Shown one piece after another: positions 41,273 through 51,360 of a stretch of DNA of 64,000 nt (the first letter of the stretch is position 1; every line of letters begins with the position of its first letter). A program made the position numbers and the translations under genes. Origin of the DNA: an uncultured Candidatus Rokubacteria bacterium (GTDB lineage: Bacteria > Methylomirabilota > Methylomirabilia > Rokubacteriales > CSP1-6); contig CAVWFS010000015.1 in assembly GCA_963754315.1 (NCBI GenBank), positions 128,001-192,000 on the forward strand. Reading direction: 5' to 3'. Below the pieces are notes generated by a model. That model was not told the origin of the DNA, did not search any database, and saw only the letters and a list, made by a program, of their open reading frames with translations.

Positions 41273-42035
41273 GGGTCCCGCTCTCCCCGAGATACACCCG
41301 AATGACGTCCGGGTTGCGGCGAATCTCGCGCGGCTCGCCCTCGGCGATCTTCTGCCCGTGATCCAGGACCACGATGCGATCCGAGATCCCCATGACGACC
41401 TTCATATCGTGCTCCACCAGGAGCACGGTGACACCGCGGCCCCGGATCTTGTCGATGGTGCCCGTGAGACGCTGGGCCTCGGCGGGTGTGAGGCCGGCCG
41501 CTGGCTCGTCGAGCATCAGGAGCCTGGGCTGCCCCGCGAGGGCAATGGCGACCGCGAGGTGCCGCTGCTCACCATACGACAGGGCCCGCGCCTGCACATC
41601 GCGCAGGGCCGACATCTGCAGGAACGTCAGCACGTCGTCAGCGCGGTCCCGGACCTCCGTCATGTGGCGGCGTTGGGCGGCTGTGCGCAAGAGGGCGGGC
41701 CACACGCGCGGCGAGAGACGCGCCTGCTCGCCGATCATGACGTTCTCGTGAACGGTCAGGCGCGGGAAGAGGCTCGTCTTCTGAAAGGTCCGCAACAGGC
41801 CCCGGCGGGCGATGCTGTGGGGAGGCAGCCCGGTGATGACGTGGTCCTCGAGCCGAACCTCGCCGCTGCTCGGGGGCAAGAAGCCCGTGATCAGCCCGAA
41901 GCACGTGGTCTTCCCGGCTCCGTTGGGGCCGATCAACCCCACGATCTCCCCGGCGTTGACCGCGAAGCTGACATCGTTCACCGCGGTGAGCCCGCCGAAA
42001 CGGACCGTCAACCTCCGCAGCTCAAGCAGGGGCAT
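41265..42035 (-). CDS. livG: HAAT ABC ATPase
   Basis: Motifs FGGLTAV, GPNGAGKT, RTFQ, LSYGEQR, VEHDM. Confidence 0.92.
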   Translation of the reverse strand: MPLLELRRLTVRFGGLTAVNDVSFAVNAGEIVGLIGPNGAGKTTCFGLITGFLPPSSGEVRLEDHVITGLPPHSIARRGLLRTFQKTSLFPRLTVHENVMIGEQARLSPRVWPALLRTAAQRRHMTEVRDRADDVLTFLQMSALRDVQARALSYGEQRHLAVAIALAGQPRLLMLDEPAAGLTPAEAQRLTGTIDKIRGRGVTVLLVEHDMKVVMGISDRIVVLDHGQKIAEGEPREIRRNPDVIRVYLGESGTRA

Positions 42036-42984
42036 GCCGGCGAGTCACCTGGCGCGTGCGGCGCCAGAGTCCGTGGAGTCCCTCCGGCAAGAACACGACG
42101 GCTGCCATCAGAAGCGCTCCGAAGATGAGCAGCCGCGCATCCTCGGCCACCCGCAGGTATTCCGGGAGAAGCGTGAAGAGGACGGCTCCCAGAGTCGTCC
42201 CGCCGATGCTGCCCTGGCCACCCACGATCACCATGCTCACCACGGTCACCGTGTAATAGAACGACAGTGCGGTTGGATCGACGAAGTGGACGTACCGGGC
42301 ATAGACGCTTCCCGCCACCCCCGTGAACACCATGCCGATGCAGAAGGCGAGGAGCTTGAACCGAAACGTGGCGATCCCGGCCGAGGCGGCCAGTTCTTCG
42401 TTCTCGCGGATGGCGACAAAGGCGTGGCCCACCGTGGAGTCGAGCAGACGCCGCGTGACGAGGACCGCCAGCCCTACCAGGACGAGCACGAGGTAGTAAT
42501 AGCGGAGCTCGGTGTTGATGACGAACCCGCCTAGCCGGGGATGGGGAATATCGGGCAGCCCCATGGGGCCTCGAGTCACCGAGATCCAGTTGAGCGCGAC
42601 CAGGCGGAGGATCTCGGCAAAGCCAAAGGTCACGATCGCAAAGTAGGGCCCCTTCAGGCGCAGCGACGGAACACCGATCAAGAACCCGACGACACCAGTG
42701 ACCAGGCCGGCCAGCAGCAGGTCGAGGGGAAAGGGGGTCTCGAAGTTTCGCGTGAGCAGGGCCGTCGTATAGGCGCCTACTCCGAAGAATGCCGCATGGC
42801 CCAGGGAAAGCTCGCCCAGATAGCCGAGGACGAGATCGAACCCCAGCGCCATCAGCACGAAGAGACCCGCCAGCACCAAGAGGTGACGATGGTAGGCGCC
42901 CGGCAGGAGGAGGGGAAGGACGAGCGCACCCAACGCGACGGCGAGGCCGCCCATGCGCGATGCCACCAGCTCGCGGCTCTTCAC
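42022..42984 (-). CDS. livM: HAAT ABC permease
   Basis: Motifs LSLGHAAFFGVGAY, RLKGPYFAIVT, AIRENE, IVGG.GS. Confidence 0.9.
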   Translation of the reverse strand: MKSRELVASRMGGLAVALGALVLPLLLPGAYHRHLLVLAGLFVLMALGFDLVLGYLGELSLGHAAFFGVGAYTTALLTRNFETPFPLDLLLAGLVTGVVGFLIGVPSLRLKGPYFAIVTFGFAEILRLVALNWISVTRGPMGLPDIPHPRLGGFVINTELRYYYLVLVLVGLAVLVTRRLLDSTVGHAFVAIRENEELAASAGIATFRFKLLAFCIGMVFTGVAGSVYARYVHFVDPTALSFYYTVTVVSMVIVGGQGSIGGTTLGAVLFTLLPEYLRVAEDARLLIFGALLMAAVVFLPEGLHGLWRRTRQVTRRHAPA

Positions 42985-43853
42985 ACCCGCTGCCCGAAGA
43001 GACCTTGAGGTCGGATCAGCAGAACCAGAATGAGGATGGCGTAGCCGATCCCGTCCTTGTAGCTGCTTCCTCCCGGCAGGTACCCCGCCCCCAGGCTCTC
43101 CGCGACTCCGAGAATGATTCCACCCAGTACCGCCCCCGGCACGTTGCCCATCCCTCCCATGATGACCACCGAGAAGGCCTTGACCACGGCCCATTCACCC
43201 ATCGTGGGCTCTATGGTAAACATCGCCCCCAGCAGCCCTCCGGCCACTCCGGCCAGGGCAGTCCCGCCCGCGAAGGCCATGGCGCGGATCCGCTGGACGG
43301 GGACGCCCATGAGGGCCGCGGCATCCCGGTTTCGAGCCACTGCCCGCATGGCCATGCCCCAGCGGCTCAGGCGGATGAAGCACGTCACGGCCAGGATGAG
43401 CACGAGACCCACCCCGAGGGCGACCAGTCGCAGCGAGCTGACCACGACCTCACCGATCATGACGGGGCGGGAACCCCAGTCGAGATGGATCTCGCGGGGA
43501 TCGGGCCCCCACAGCAACAGGGCACCGTGCTGGAGAAAAATTGAGAGACCCAAGGTCGACAGCACGATCGTGAACATGTGGCGTCCCTGCAGGGGGCGCA
43601 CGCTCACGCGCTCGGCCAGGAGACCAGCCCCGGCCGCGCCCACCACGCTCACCGCAAGGGCGACCGCGTAGGGCAGCCCGAAACCCACACTCAGGCTATA
43701 GGTGAGAAACGCGCCGATCATGTAGAACTCGCCGTGAGCAAAGTTGATCACGTCGAGGATTCCAAACACCAGGGTGAGCCCGATGGCGATGAGCGCGTAC
43801 ACGACGCCGATGATGACGCCGTTCGCGATCTGCTGGAGAAGGACGGCGGTCAC
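42981..43853 (-). CDS. livH: HAAT ABC permease
   Basis: Motifs YALIAIGLTLVFG, NFAHGEFYM, GMAMRAVA, RPQGLFG. Confidence 0.93.
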   Translation of the reverse strand: MTAVLLQQIANGVIIGVVYALIAIGLTLVFGILDVINFAHGEFYMIGAFLTYSLSVGFGLPYAVALAVSVVGAAGAGLLAERVSVRPLQGRHMFTIVLSTLGLSIFLQHGALLLWGPDPREIHLDWGSRPVMIGEVVVSSLRLVALGVGLVLILAVTCFIRLSRWGMAMRAVARNRDAAALMGVPVQRIRAMAFAGGTALAGVAGGLLGAMFTIEPTMGEWAVVKAFSVVIMGGMGNVPGAVLGGIILGVAESLGAGYLPGGSSYKDGIGYAILILVLLIRPQGLFGQRV

Positions 43854-43902
43854 GCGGCGGTCAGACGCTCGCGGATCGTTCGGCGCGGGCCGGATCGGGG
43901 GC

Positions 43903-44907
43903 TCATCCCAACTCGAGCGCCTGCATGGCGCGCCGGTACGCGACGGCCACCGAGTCGAACTTGAGGTGAAGCTCCTCGCTCAGGTCGAAGGGCACCTCGG
44001 CCGGACGCTGGGACTCGACGATGTGGCGATCCTGTCCGAAGATCACGTCCTCGAAATCCTGGAAGACCCGGTCCGGCTGGTCGAGGTTGTAGTTCTGGCC
44101 GATCAGGCAGTAGCCGATGCACCGATCGCCGGACACCGGCTGCGATACGAAGAGATACAGGAGCCTCTCTCGGCCCCCCCAGCTCATGTGCACGACGATC
44201 GTGTAAGGCAGGTGGAGCGCATAGCGAGTGAGACGTACTGAGCGCTCACGATCCTCGTTGGGAAACAGGGGGTACTGGGAGGTACTTTTCGCTTCCGCGC
44301 GCTCGAATTGATAGTGCAAGACGTGTCCGCGCGTCTCCACCTCGGGCGGGATCACCACCACCCGGTTGGGATCGCCGAGCAATCCGGGATGGACCCACGG
44401 AAAGTGGCCGAGATCGGTGAAGTTCTCGATCTGGCGCGAGGCTTCCGCGTTCCAGGCGTAGGGCCCGCACAGCACGGTCTTCCAGCCAGGTGATCCGAGC
44501 TCGGGCAGCTCGGGGATCGGCCAGCGCGGTTCATCCAGGGCCGCCCACACGAGGCCGTACCGCTCCTGGCAGCGATAGGCCGCCACGCGTGCCTTGGTCG
44601 GCACCCGGGAGGGATCCTCGAGCTGCGGTATCGCGCTACAGCGACCGTCGGTCGCGTAGCGCCAGCCGTGGTACGCGCAGACGATCTCGTCCCCGGCCAC
44701 CCGTCCCCGGGACAGCGCCGTTCCGCGGTGAATGCAGAGGTCCCGAAACGCGTGGGCGACACCACGGCTGTCGCGCCAGAGGACAAGCGACTCCTCCAGG
44801 AGCTCGACCCGCAGTGGACTCTCGCCGAGGTCACGGCTATAGGCGACGGCATGCCAGCAGGCGCGCAGGCGCTGGGGGCGGGACGTGAGGACAGACGACA
44901 CGGCCAT
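43903..44907 (-). CDS. Rieske non-heme iron oxygenase alpha subunit (VanA/demethylase-like)
   Basis: Rieske motif CIHRG...CAYHGW; iron site ENFTDLGHFPWVH; QD..IVESQ. Start uncertain. Confidence 0.9.
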   Translation of the reverse strand: MAVSSVLTSRPQRLRACWHAVAYSRDLGESPLRVELLEESLVLWRDSRGVAHAFRDLCIHRGTALSRGRVAGDEIVCAYHGWRYATDGRCSAIPQLEDPSRVPTKARVAAYRCQERYGLVWAALDEPRWPIPELPELGSPGWKTVLCGPYAWNAEASRQIENFTDLGHFPWVHPGLLGDPNRVVVIPPEVETRGHVLHYQFERAEAKSTSQYPLFPNEDRERSVRLTRYALHLPYTIVVHMSWGGRERLLYLFVSQPVSGDRCIGYCLIGQNYNLDQPDRVFQDFEDVIFGQDRHIVESQRPAEVPFDLSEELHLKFDSVAVAYRRAMQALELG

Positions 44908-44991
44908 CGCGGCCGTAAGTATAGCAGCGCGTCCCCGCGAGGCCCCGCCGTCCGCGATGGGTCCCGCCATCGTGGATGACCATCGCGTATA

Positions 44992-46083
44992 GTGGGCGGG
45001 ACACGCGCAGCAGCCGGGGAGGTGATCGACATCGAGCGCATCATCGTGATAGTCCTGCTCGGTCTGCTCTCGTACTTCGTCTACCGCGTCTTCGAGCCGT
45101 TCCTGGTCGCGCTCATCTGGGCGGTCGTGCTCGTCGTGTTCTTTCAGCGGCTGCACGCACGGGTCCGCGGCCGCATCATGAACCCGAACCTGGCGGCGCT
45201 CACGACCACGCTCATCCTCACCGCGATCCTGATCATCCCCGTCGGGTTCGTCTTTTCCCTCTTCACCAACCAAGCCATCGCGGTGACCCAGTGGGTGGTA
45301 GAAGACTGGAAGCACGGCGAGGGCTGGCGATCCATGTTCGCGTGGCTGGAACGGCTGCCCCTGCAGTTCCTGCCCTTCGAGATCAAGCTGGAAGACCTCC
45401 GAGGGTTCGCTATTCAGAACCTCCGCCAGTGGGGCGTCGGTCTCGCCGAGCGCGCGGGGAGGGTGGCGCAGAACGTCCTCGGCATCACCGTCAACCTCCT
45501 GGTCACCCTGCTTGCCTGCTTCTATCTATTCCGTGACGGCCCTGCCCTCATGAAGACCCTGCGCGACATCGCCCCCCTGGATCCGGACTATCGGGAACGG
45601 CTGTTGACCATCACGGAGAACGTTCTCTTCGCGAGCGTCCTGAGCAGCTTCGCGGTGGCGGCCGTCCAGGGAACCCTCGGCGGCATCGCCTTCTGGATCG
45701 TGGGCGTCCCCGGCCCGGCGCTGTGGGGCATCGTCATGATGCTGGCATCGTTCATCCCCTTCGTCGGCGCGTCCATCATCTGGGCCCCGGTCGCGCTCTA
45801 CTTTCTGTTCAGCGGCGACTACCTGAAGGCGGGCGTCCTGGTGGTGGTGGGGGTGCTGGTCATCGGCACCGTCGACAACATCCTCCGGCCGATCCTGATC
45901 AGTGGACGCGTGGAGCTGAACGGACTCCTCGTACTCATCAGCGTGGTCGGCGGCATCAGCGCCTTCGGACTGCTCGGCATCGTGCTGGGGCCCGTGCTGA
46001 TCGCGGTGGCGGTCGCCGTGCTGGCCGCCGAACGGGAACGGCGGGCGGCGCTGTCACCTGCGGAGTCGCCTCCTGCGGCGTAA
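44992..46083 (+). CDS. AI-2E family transporter
   Basis: Motifs FYLFRDG, FIPFVGA, DNILRP, GGISAFGLLGIVLGP. Confidence 0.9.
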   Translation: MGGTRAAAGEVIDIERIIVIVLLGLLSYFVYRVFEPFLVALIWAVVLVVFFQRLHARVRGRIMNPNLAALTTTLILTAILIIPVGFVFSLFTNQAIAVTQWVVEDWKHGEGWRSMFAWLERLPLQFLPFEIKLEDLRGFAIQNLRQWGVGLAERAGRVAQNVLGITVNLLVTLLACFYLFRDGPALMKTLRDIAPLDPDYRERLLTITENVLFASVLSSFAVAAVQGTLGGIAFWIVGVPGPALWGIVMMLASFIPFVGASIIWAPVALYFLFSGDYLKAGVLVVVGVLVIGTVDNILRPILISGRVELNGLLVLISVVGGISAFGLLGIVLGPVLIAVAVAVLAAERERRAALSPAESPPAA

Positions 46084-47213
46084 CCGACCAGCTCGACATA
46101 GCCGTGCCCGTCGAGCATCCGCGGGCCCGCCCGCCCCTGCACCCGGACGGCCCCCTCCCAGTAGCGCACCGGCTCCGTGAACTCCTGGTCGGCCACCAGA
46201 GGCACGACCTCGAGCGTGAGCGCCTCGTGCGGGATGGTGATGCGCCAACGGGCGGGGTAGCGCGTGCCACCTCGCGGGCTTGTCCACCACGAGAGCACCT
46301 CCACCGCGACGTCAGCGGCGCCCAGGTGGCGGCCGACACCATCGGCCCCGACGATCGTGCCCGCACTGAAGGGATCGACTGATCCGTCCCGCCGGCGCAG
46401 CCGATAGATCATCACATCACGGCCGTCCTCGAGCTGCAGAGCGAACCAGTCCCAGCCGATTTGATCCACCCCGAGCGCGCTCGTCGACCACTCGCGGTCC
46501 ATCCAGGCGAGCCCAGTCACCGCGAAACGCTCCTCACCCAGACGAAGGCTCCCGCGCGCGGGGAGGCGAGTGAGCGAGTAGTAGTAGGAAGCGTTGCCTT
46601 CCTCCGGCCCCTTGCGGCTGAGCCCCTGATCACCCTGCCGCGTGATCGGCTTGCCCTCCTCCAGGAGGAGATCGAGGGCGATATCACCCTCCATCGCCCG
46701 CAACCGCATGGGGAACGTGCGCGTTCCTTCACCGTCGACCGCCCAGGCCTCGGTCCAGACACGGAAAGGTCGAACGGTGGCGCCGGCGAGCCCGAGGGCG
46801 CCCCGCACGAATCGCACGGCGGGATGGAAGCGCTGCGCAGCGACGTCGGTGACGGCAAAGTGCGCCATGTAAACCTCGGAGGCGGCCCATGCCGACGCCC
46901 GAGGCGCCGTCGGGGGCGTCTGCGCGAGACGGAAGAAGGTGAGCTGAAAGCCGAAGCGACGCCCCGTGGCTGTGGCCACGTTGCCCGTGTAGTACCACCA
47001 CTCGGTCCGGTATGCCGGATGCGGTCCGTGATCCTCCGGGAACACGAAGGGCCGCGGCTCGATCGCTCGCGCATACCCCGTCGTGGACCCTCCCAGTGCC
47101 GTCGCGATCGCCACACCAGCCCCGGGCGCTCGCGCCGCGTCCTGGCGCGTGGCGGTCAGCGCGGTCGCAAGCAGGAGCGCGGCACCTCCGAGCGCGAGCA
47201 GCAGCCGCTTCAT
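45819..47213 (-). CDS. AttH/CrtC-like lipocalin-fold protein
   Basis: Motifs FPEDHGPHP, EWWYYTG, ASYYYS, AWMDREWS, GWDWF, YWEG, GYVELVGY. The family-like sequence ends near 46075 and the tail overlaps the AI-2E gene. Confidence 0.88.
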   Translation of the reverse strand: MKRLLLALGGAALLLATALTATRQDAARAPGAGVAIATALGGSTTGYARAIEPRPFVFPEDHGPHPAYRTEWWYYTGNVATATGRRFGFQLTFFRLAQTPPTAPRASAWAASEVYMAHFAVTDVAAQRFHPAVRFVRGALGLAGATVRPFRVWTEAWAVDGEGTRTFPMRLRAMEGDIALDLLLEEGKPITRQGDQGLSRKGPEEGNASYYYSLTRLPARGSLRLGEERFAVTGLAWMDREWSTSALGVDQIGWDWFALQLEDGRDVMIYRLRRRDGSVDPFSAGTIVGADGVGRHLGAADVAVEVLSWWTSPRGGTRYPARWRITIPHEALTLEVVPLVADQEFTEPVRYWEGAVRVQGRAGPRMLDGHGYVELVGYAAGGDSAGDSAARRSRSAASTATATAISTGPSTMPSSPKALMPPTTLMSTRSPFSSTRPLIRIGRRMLSTVPMTSTPTTTRTPAFR

Positions 47214-49765
47214 TCGTCTCGCAGGGCCTCCGGAAGCGATTGCCGCGCGCTCCGTCGAGCGGGAGCGATGCTGGCCACGAGGGCCGCCACCACCGCCAGG
47301 GCAACGCCCTGGATGAGAATGCCCGGCGCCAGCTCGATCTGAAGCGTCCAGCCGAATGTCCGCTGATTGATGACGAAGACGAGGATGATGGAGAGCGCGA
47401 TACCCACCGGGATGGCCAGGATACCTGCCGCCGCTCCCATCAGCCCACTCTGGCCGGTGACGAGCGTCCACACCTGGCCCGGCGTGAAACCCTGGGCCCT
47501 GAGCACCGCGAGCTCGCGGGCGCGCTCGAAGGCGAGCGCCATCAAGGCGCTCAGCACGCCGACGAAGGCCACAACGGTCACGAGCAACCTCAGTACGATC
47601 GTGACCGCGAACGTACGGTCGAAGACCTCGAGGGAGGCTACCCGCAGCGCCCGGTTCGAGCGAATCAGGACCTCCTGGTCAGGGCCAGCCGCCCGACGCA
47701 ACACCCCCACCAGAAGCTCAGGGTCGATGCCGGGGGCAGCGACAAGGCCGAGGGCGGAGATGGCGCGATCGTCCCAGAACTGCTCGTAGGTCGCACGGCT
47801 CATCATCACCACGCCCTCCGGGGAGCCGTAGTCACGCACCACCGCGGCCACCGGGAACTCGCGCTCCCCCCGGTCGGTACGCAAGCGCAGGCGACTGCCC
47901 ATGCCGAGCGCCCGGTGGTAGGCCAACGGTTCCGAGACCATCACCGCTCCCTCCGTCCAGAAACGAGGCGTGACCGAGGCCTGCTGTCCGCGCACGAAGG
48001 AGAAGCGGCCGAGAGCATGGGCATCGACGTCGAGGACGACCAGTGACACAGGCCCCGCCGACGACTCCACCCGGACGGTCCTATTGGTGTTCACGCGGAC
48101 GAGGCCGGGCGTGGATGTCAGACGCGCAATCAGGGCGGGAGCCAGAGTGGCGTCCGCGCGGTTGCTCACCAGACTGGGCGGCGAGACGTACACGTCTGAC
48201 TGCAGGGTGGAATCAAGCCAGCGAACGACTGTTTGCCTGAAGCTGCCGATCATGATCCCGACACCCACGGTGGATGCCACCGCAATCATCAGTGCGGCCA
48301 GGGCTACCGCCGTGCGACTCAGCGCGGCGACGACCGCGCCTGCTGCCATCCGCCCCGGAAGACCGAACAGCCAGCCCATGGGAGCGCGGGCCAACGTCAT
48401 GAGAGCGATGGCCGCCCAGGGCGTGAGCAATGCTGCGCCGAGCAGGACCGCAAACAGGGCGGCGTAGGCGACCACGATGGGCGCGCGAGCCGGGAGCAGC
48501 GCCAGAATGCCCGCCATCAGCACGCCTATCCCGATCAAGGCAAGCTGGGGGGCGGCCCGGCGAGACCGTCCCTCGACGATCGACCGATGCAGGGCAGCCC
48601 GCGGTGTGGTGGCCGTGGCTTCGAAGGCGGGGGCGAGCGTCGCCACGAGCGTGCCGCCCAGCCCGAGGAGAGCCGCCCGTGCCAGGCTCAGGGGCGGCAA
48701 GGCCACGTCCCGGACGGCGAGGGTGACGTAGAGATCGTTGATGGTTTGCGCGACGAACCGGACCATGCCCTGAGCTAGCAGGATCCCGAGCAGCAGTCCC
48801 CCGGCCGTCGCGATCAGCCCGATCAGAGCCGCCTCGCCGAGAACGATGCCGAAGATCTCGCCGCGGCTGACGCCGAGCGCGCGCAGGATACCGATGAGCT
48901 CGCGCCGCTGCACAACCGAGAACGTCATGGTGTTGTAGATGAGAAACATACCGACGACGAGCGCCAGCAGGCTGAGCGCGGTGAGGTTGATGGCGAACGC
49001 TGCGGTCATCTGCTCCACGACGGCCGCGCGCCTGCCCGCGCGCTCGATCTGAACGTCCGGTGGTAGCAGGGCCGCCAGCCGCGCGTGCTCGGCGTCACCC
49101 TGTGCCCCGTCGGGCAAGATGAGATCGATCCGGCTCAAGCGACCGACCTCGCCCAGGACCTCCTGGGCGGTGGCAATGTCCGTGACGAGCGTGCTCTCGA
49201 GGGCGCGTGCGCTCAGCGTGTCGTGCGGGATCAGCTCGCCGACGAGGGTGATTTGACGGCGCTCGGATCCCACCCTCACCGTGAGGGTGTCGCCGCGCCG
49301 GAGGCCGAGGCGCCGCGCCGTCTCCCGAGCGATCAGGGCCGCCCCGGGACGAGTGAGCAGCGCGCTCAGGTCGTCGAGGGAGGGGGCCACGCCGCCGCCC
49401 AGAAAGGATCGGAAGGGTGACTCGGCGAACGGATCGACGCCAAGCAGATGAAAGGTCATCCCCGGCAAATCCGGCGCCGTCAGGTGGCGCTCCACCACAG
49501 GCGCCGAGCGGCGGAGACCAAGGTCGAGCCGGAGCGTTCGATAGACGGATTCGGGGACGCCCGATGGCCCACCCACGATCTGGTGGGTGGCCCGGCCCGC
49601 CATGCTCTCCGCGAAGACGGAGAACGACCGTCGGGCGCTCTCGTTCGCGAGGTCAATCGAGAGCGCCACCGCCACCCCGAGCGCGATGCCGAGGATGGAG
49701 AGCCCGATCTGCCACGGGTGGCGTGCGAGGTGTCGCAGGCTGGCCCGCCAGAGCATCCAGCTCAT
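47210..49765 (-). CDS. FtsX/MacB-like ABC permease (AttF/G-like, duplicated)
   Basis: Two repeats of the TM-periplasmic-3TM module; motifs [16 protein letters not shown] and [12 protein letters not shown]. Confidence 0.9.
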   Translation of the reverse strand: MSWMLWRASLRHLARHPWQIGLSILGIALGVAVALSIDLANESARRSFSVFAESMAGRATHQIVGGPSGVPESVYRTLRLDLGLRRSAPVVERHLTAPDLPGMTFHLLGVDPFAESPFRSFLGGGVAPSLDDLSALLTRPGAALIARETARRLGLRRGDTLTVRVGSERRQITLVGELIPHDTLSARALESTLVTDIATAQEVLGEVGRLSRIDLILPDGAQGDAEHARLAALLPPDVQIERAGRRAAVVEQMTAAFAINLTALSLLALVVGMFLIYNTMTFSVVQRRELIGILRALGVSRGEIFGIVLGEAALIGLIATAGGLLLGILLAQGMVRFVAQTINDLYVTLAVRDVALPPLSLARAALLGLGGTLVATLAPAFEATATTPRAALHRSIVEGRSRRAAPQLALIGIGVLMAGILALLPARAPIVVAYAALFAVLLGAALLTPWAAIALMTLARAPMGWLFGLPGRMAAGAVVAALSRTAVALAALMIAVASTVGVGIMIGSFRQTVVRWLDSTLQSDVYVSPPSLVSNRADATLAPALIARLTSTPGLVRVNTNRTVRVESSAGPVSLVVLDVDAHALGRFSFVRGQQASVTPRFWTEGAVMVSEPLAYHRALGMGSRLRLRTDRGEREFPVAAVVRDYGSPEGVVMMSRATYEQFWDDRAISALGLVAAPGIDPELLVGVLRRAAGPDQEVLIRSNRALRVASLEVFDRTFAVTIVLRLLVTVVAFVGVLSALMALAFERARELAVLRAQGFTPGQVWTLVTGQSGLMGAAAGILAIPVGIALSIILVFVINQRTFGWTLQIELAPGILIQGVALAVVAALVASIAPARRSARQSLPEALRDE

Positions 49766-50454
49766 GCGACGACACTCCCATTCCTCAAGGTCAGGATGCG
49801 GTCGGCTGCCCGCGCCACCTCGGCGCTGTGCGTGACCGCGATCACCGTCCTGCCCTGCTCCCTCGGCAGGCGCCGCAAGAGTCCCAGGACCTGCTCTGCG
49901 GATTCCATGTCGAGATTACCCGTCGGCTCGTCGGCGAGGATCAGCAGGGGCTCGTGGGCGAGCGCGCGCGCCACGGCGACTCGCTGCTGCTCCCCTCCGG
50001 ATAGCCGGTCGGTAAAGGCACGGGCCCGGTCCAGGAGGCCGACCTCCCGCAGCAGATCGCTGGCCCGGCCGCGTGCCGGCCCTCCCGTGCGACCAACCAG
50101 CTCGAGCGGCAAGAGCAGGTTTTCCTCGACGGTCAGGGTCGACACGAGGTTGAAGAACTGGAAGATGAAACCCACATGCCGCCGACGGAACAGGGCACGA
50201 TCGCGTTCGCCAAGCGCGGTGACGATCGTGCCGTCGATGCTCACCGTGCCGCTGGTCGGCGCATCGATACCGCCGATCAGGTTGAGGAGCGTCGACTTCC
50301 CCGAGCCGCTCCGTCCGAGCACGGCCACGAAGGTACCGCGATCGACCGCGAGGTCGACGTCCCGGAGCACCACTCGTTCACGGTCTCCCTCCCGATAGAT
50401 CTTGGAGACTGCGCGTAGCTCGACAAGAGGAAGAGCCGGAGGGGGCAAGGTCAA
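49762..50454 (-). CDS. LolD/AttE-like ABC ATPase
   Basis: Motifs [37 protein letters not shown]. Confidence 0.92.
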   Translation of the reverse strand: MTLPPPALPLVELRAVSKIYREGDRERVVLRDVDLAVDRGTFVAVLGRSGSGKSTLLNLIGGIDAPTSGTVSIDGTIVTALGERDRALFRRRHVGFIFQFFNLVSTLTVEENLLLPLELVGRTGGPARGRASDLLREVGLLDRARAFTDRLSGGEQQRVAVARALAHEPLLILADEPTGNLDMESAEQVLGLLRRLPREQGRTVIAVTHSAEVARAADRILTLRNGSVVA

Positions 50455-50463
50455 TGCGCGGCG

Positions 50464-51279
50464 CTACCCCATGAGGCCCGGCGCCGGGGACGGATCCGAC
50501 GGAGCGATGTCGTGCATGTCGGGCTCGAGCTGGAGCGTGTCGGCGATCTTCGTGTAGCTCGAGAACATCTGGGTCACACCGATGATCTCCATGATGCCAC
50601 GGTCGCCGACACCGAGCCGTCGCATCTCACCCAGGTGGAACGCGGTGCCGAATCCCGAGCGAGTGGTGAGCGACACCGCGAAGGCGAGCCCTTCCTTGTA
50701 ACGACGGGCGAGCGTGTTGTCGGCGAAGGCCCGGCGGACCGCTTCCCACAGATCCCGGGCATAGCCCGGATCGCGCGCCACCAGACGCAATGGCAACGGC
50801 ACCTGGGCCCCGTAAAAGGCGGCCGCTTCCGCGAACAGGCTGGCCACGTCCTCGCTCCCACCAGTCTCGGGGAGCGGCGTCAGCAGCGGCACTCCGCCCG
50901 CGGGCGCCAGACCGTCGGCGACGACGTTGAGGGCGTTGGTCACCCCGACCACGAAGGCGGCCTCGTACCAGCGTGCGTCGCCCGTCATTCCCTGCAGCTT
51001 CCCGGCTGCAGTGTGAGCCGTCACTCAGTACGTGCAGGCGTTGACCCCGCTCACGACGGCCGCCACCATCTCCTTCTCGGCACGGCTCCACTCGCCCGGA
51101 CCCATGACCCGCTTCATGGCCCGGCCGTGGGGACCGCCGAACTCGGGATCCCATGCCATGACCCGGCTCATCGCGGGGGGAGCCGGAAAGTCATGGTTGA
51201 ACCATTGCTTGGACAGCTCGAACATCTTGCGGACGGGCTCGGGGTACTCCGAGGCGTCTCTCAGCCTGACCGTGGGCAT
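50464..51279 (-). CDS. Two-domain AhpD/carboxymuconolactone decarboxylase-family selenoprotein (Sec at TGA 51025-51027)
   Basis: ORFs 51025..51279 and 50464..51024 are in frame and separated only by TGA, giving EMVAAVVSGVNA-C-T-Y-U-V-T-A-H (AhpD CxxC..H motif). A hairpin follows the TGA. GAGGAG RBS precedes the ATG. Confidence 0.85.
50992..51011 (-). promoter_or_regulatory. Candidate bacterial SECIS element
   Basis: CUGCAGC-CGGGAA-GCUGCAG, a perfect 7-bp stem with a G-rich loop, starting 13 nt after UGA. Confidence 0.75.
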
Positions 51280-51360
51280 ATCGGCTCCTCCCCGCCATGA
51301 TGAATCTCACCGGCGCGACTGTACACCAGCCCGGCCGCGCTCTGTGGTACGGTGAGCCGG

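Noticed and set aside
50464..51279. Two separate small CMD genes, or a nonsense pseudogene
   Set aside because: The TGA falls exactly on the second Cys of the CxxC motif and is followed by a SECIS-like hairpin.
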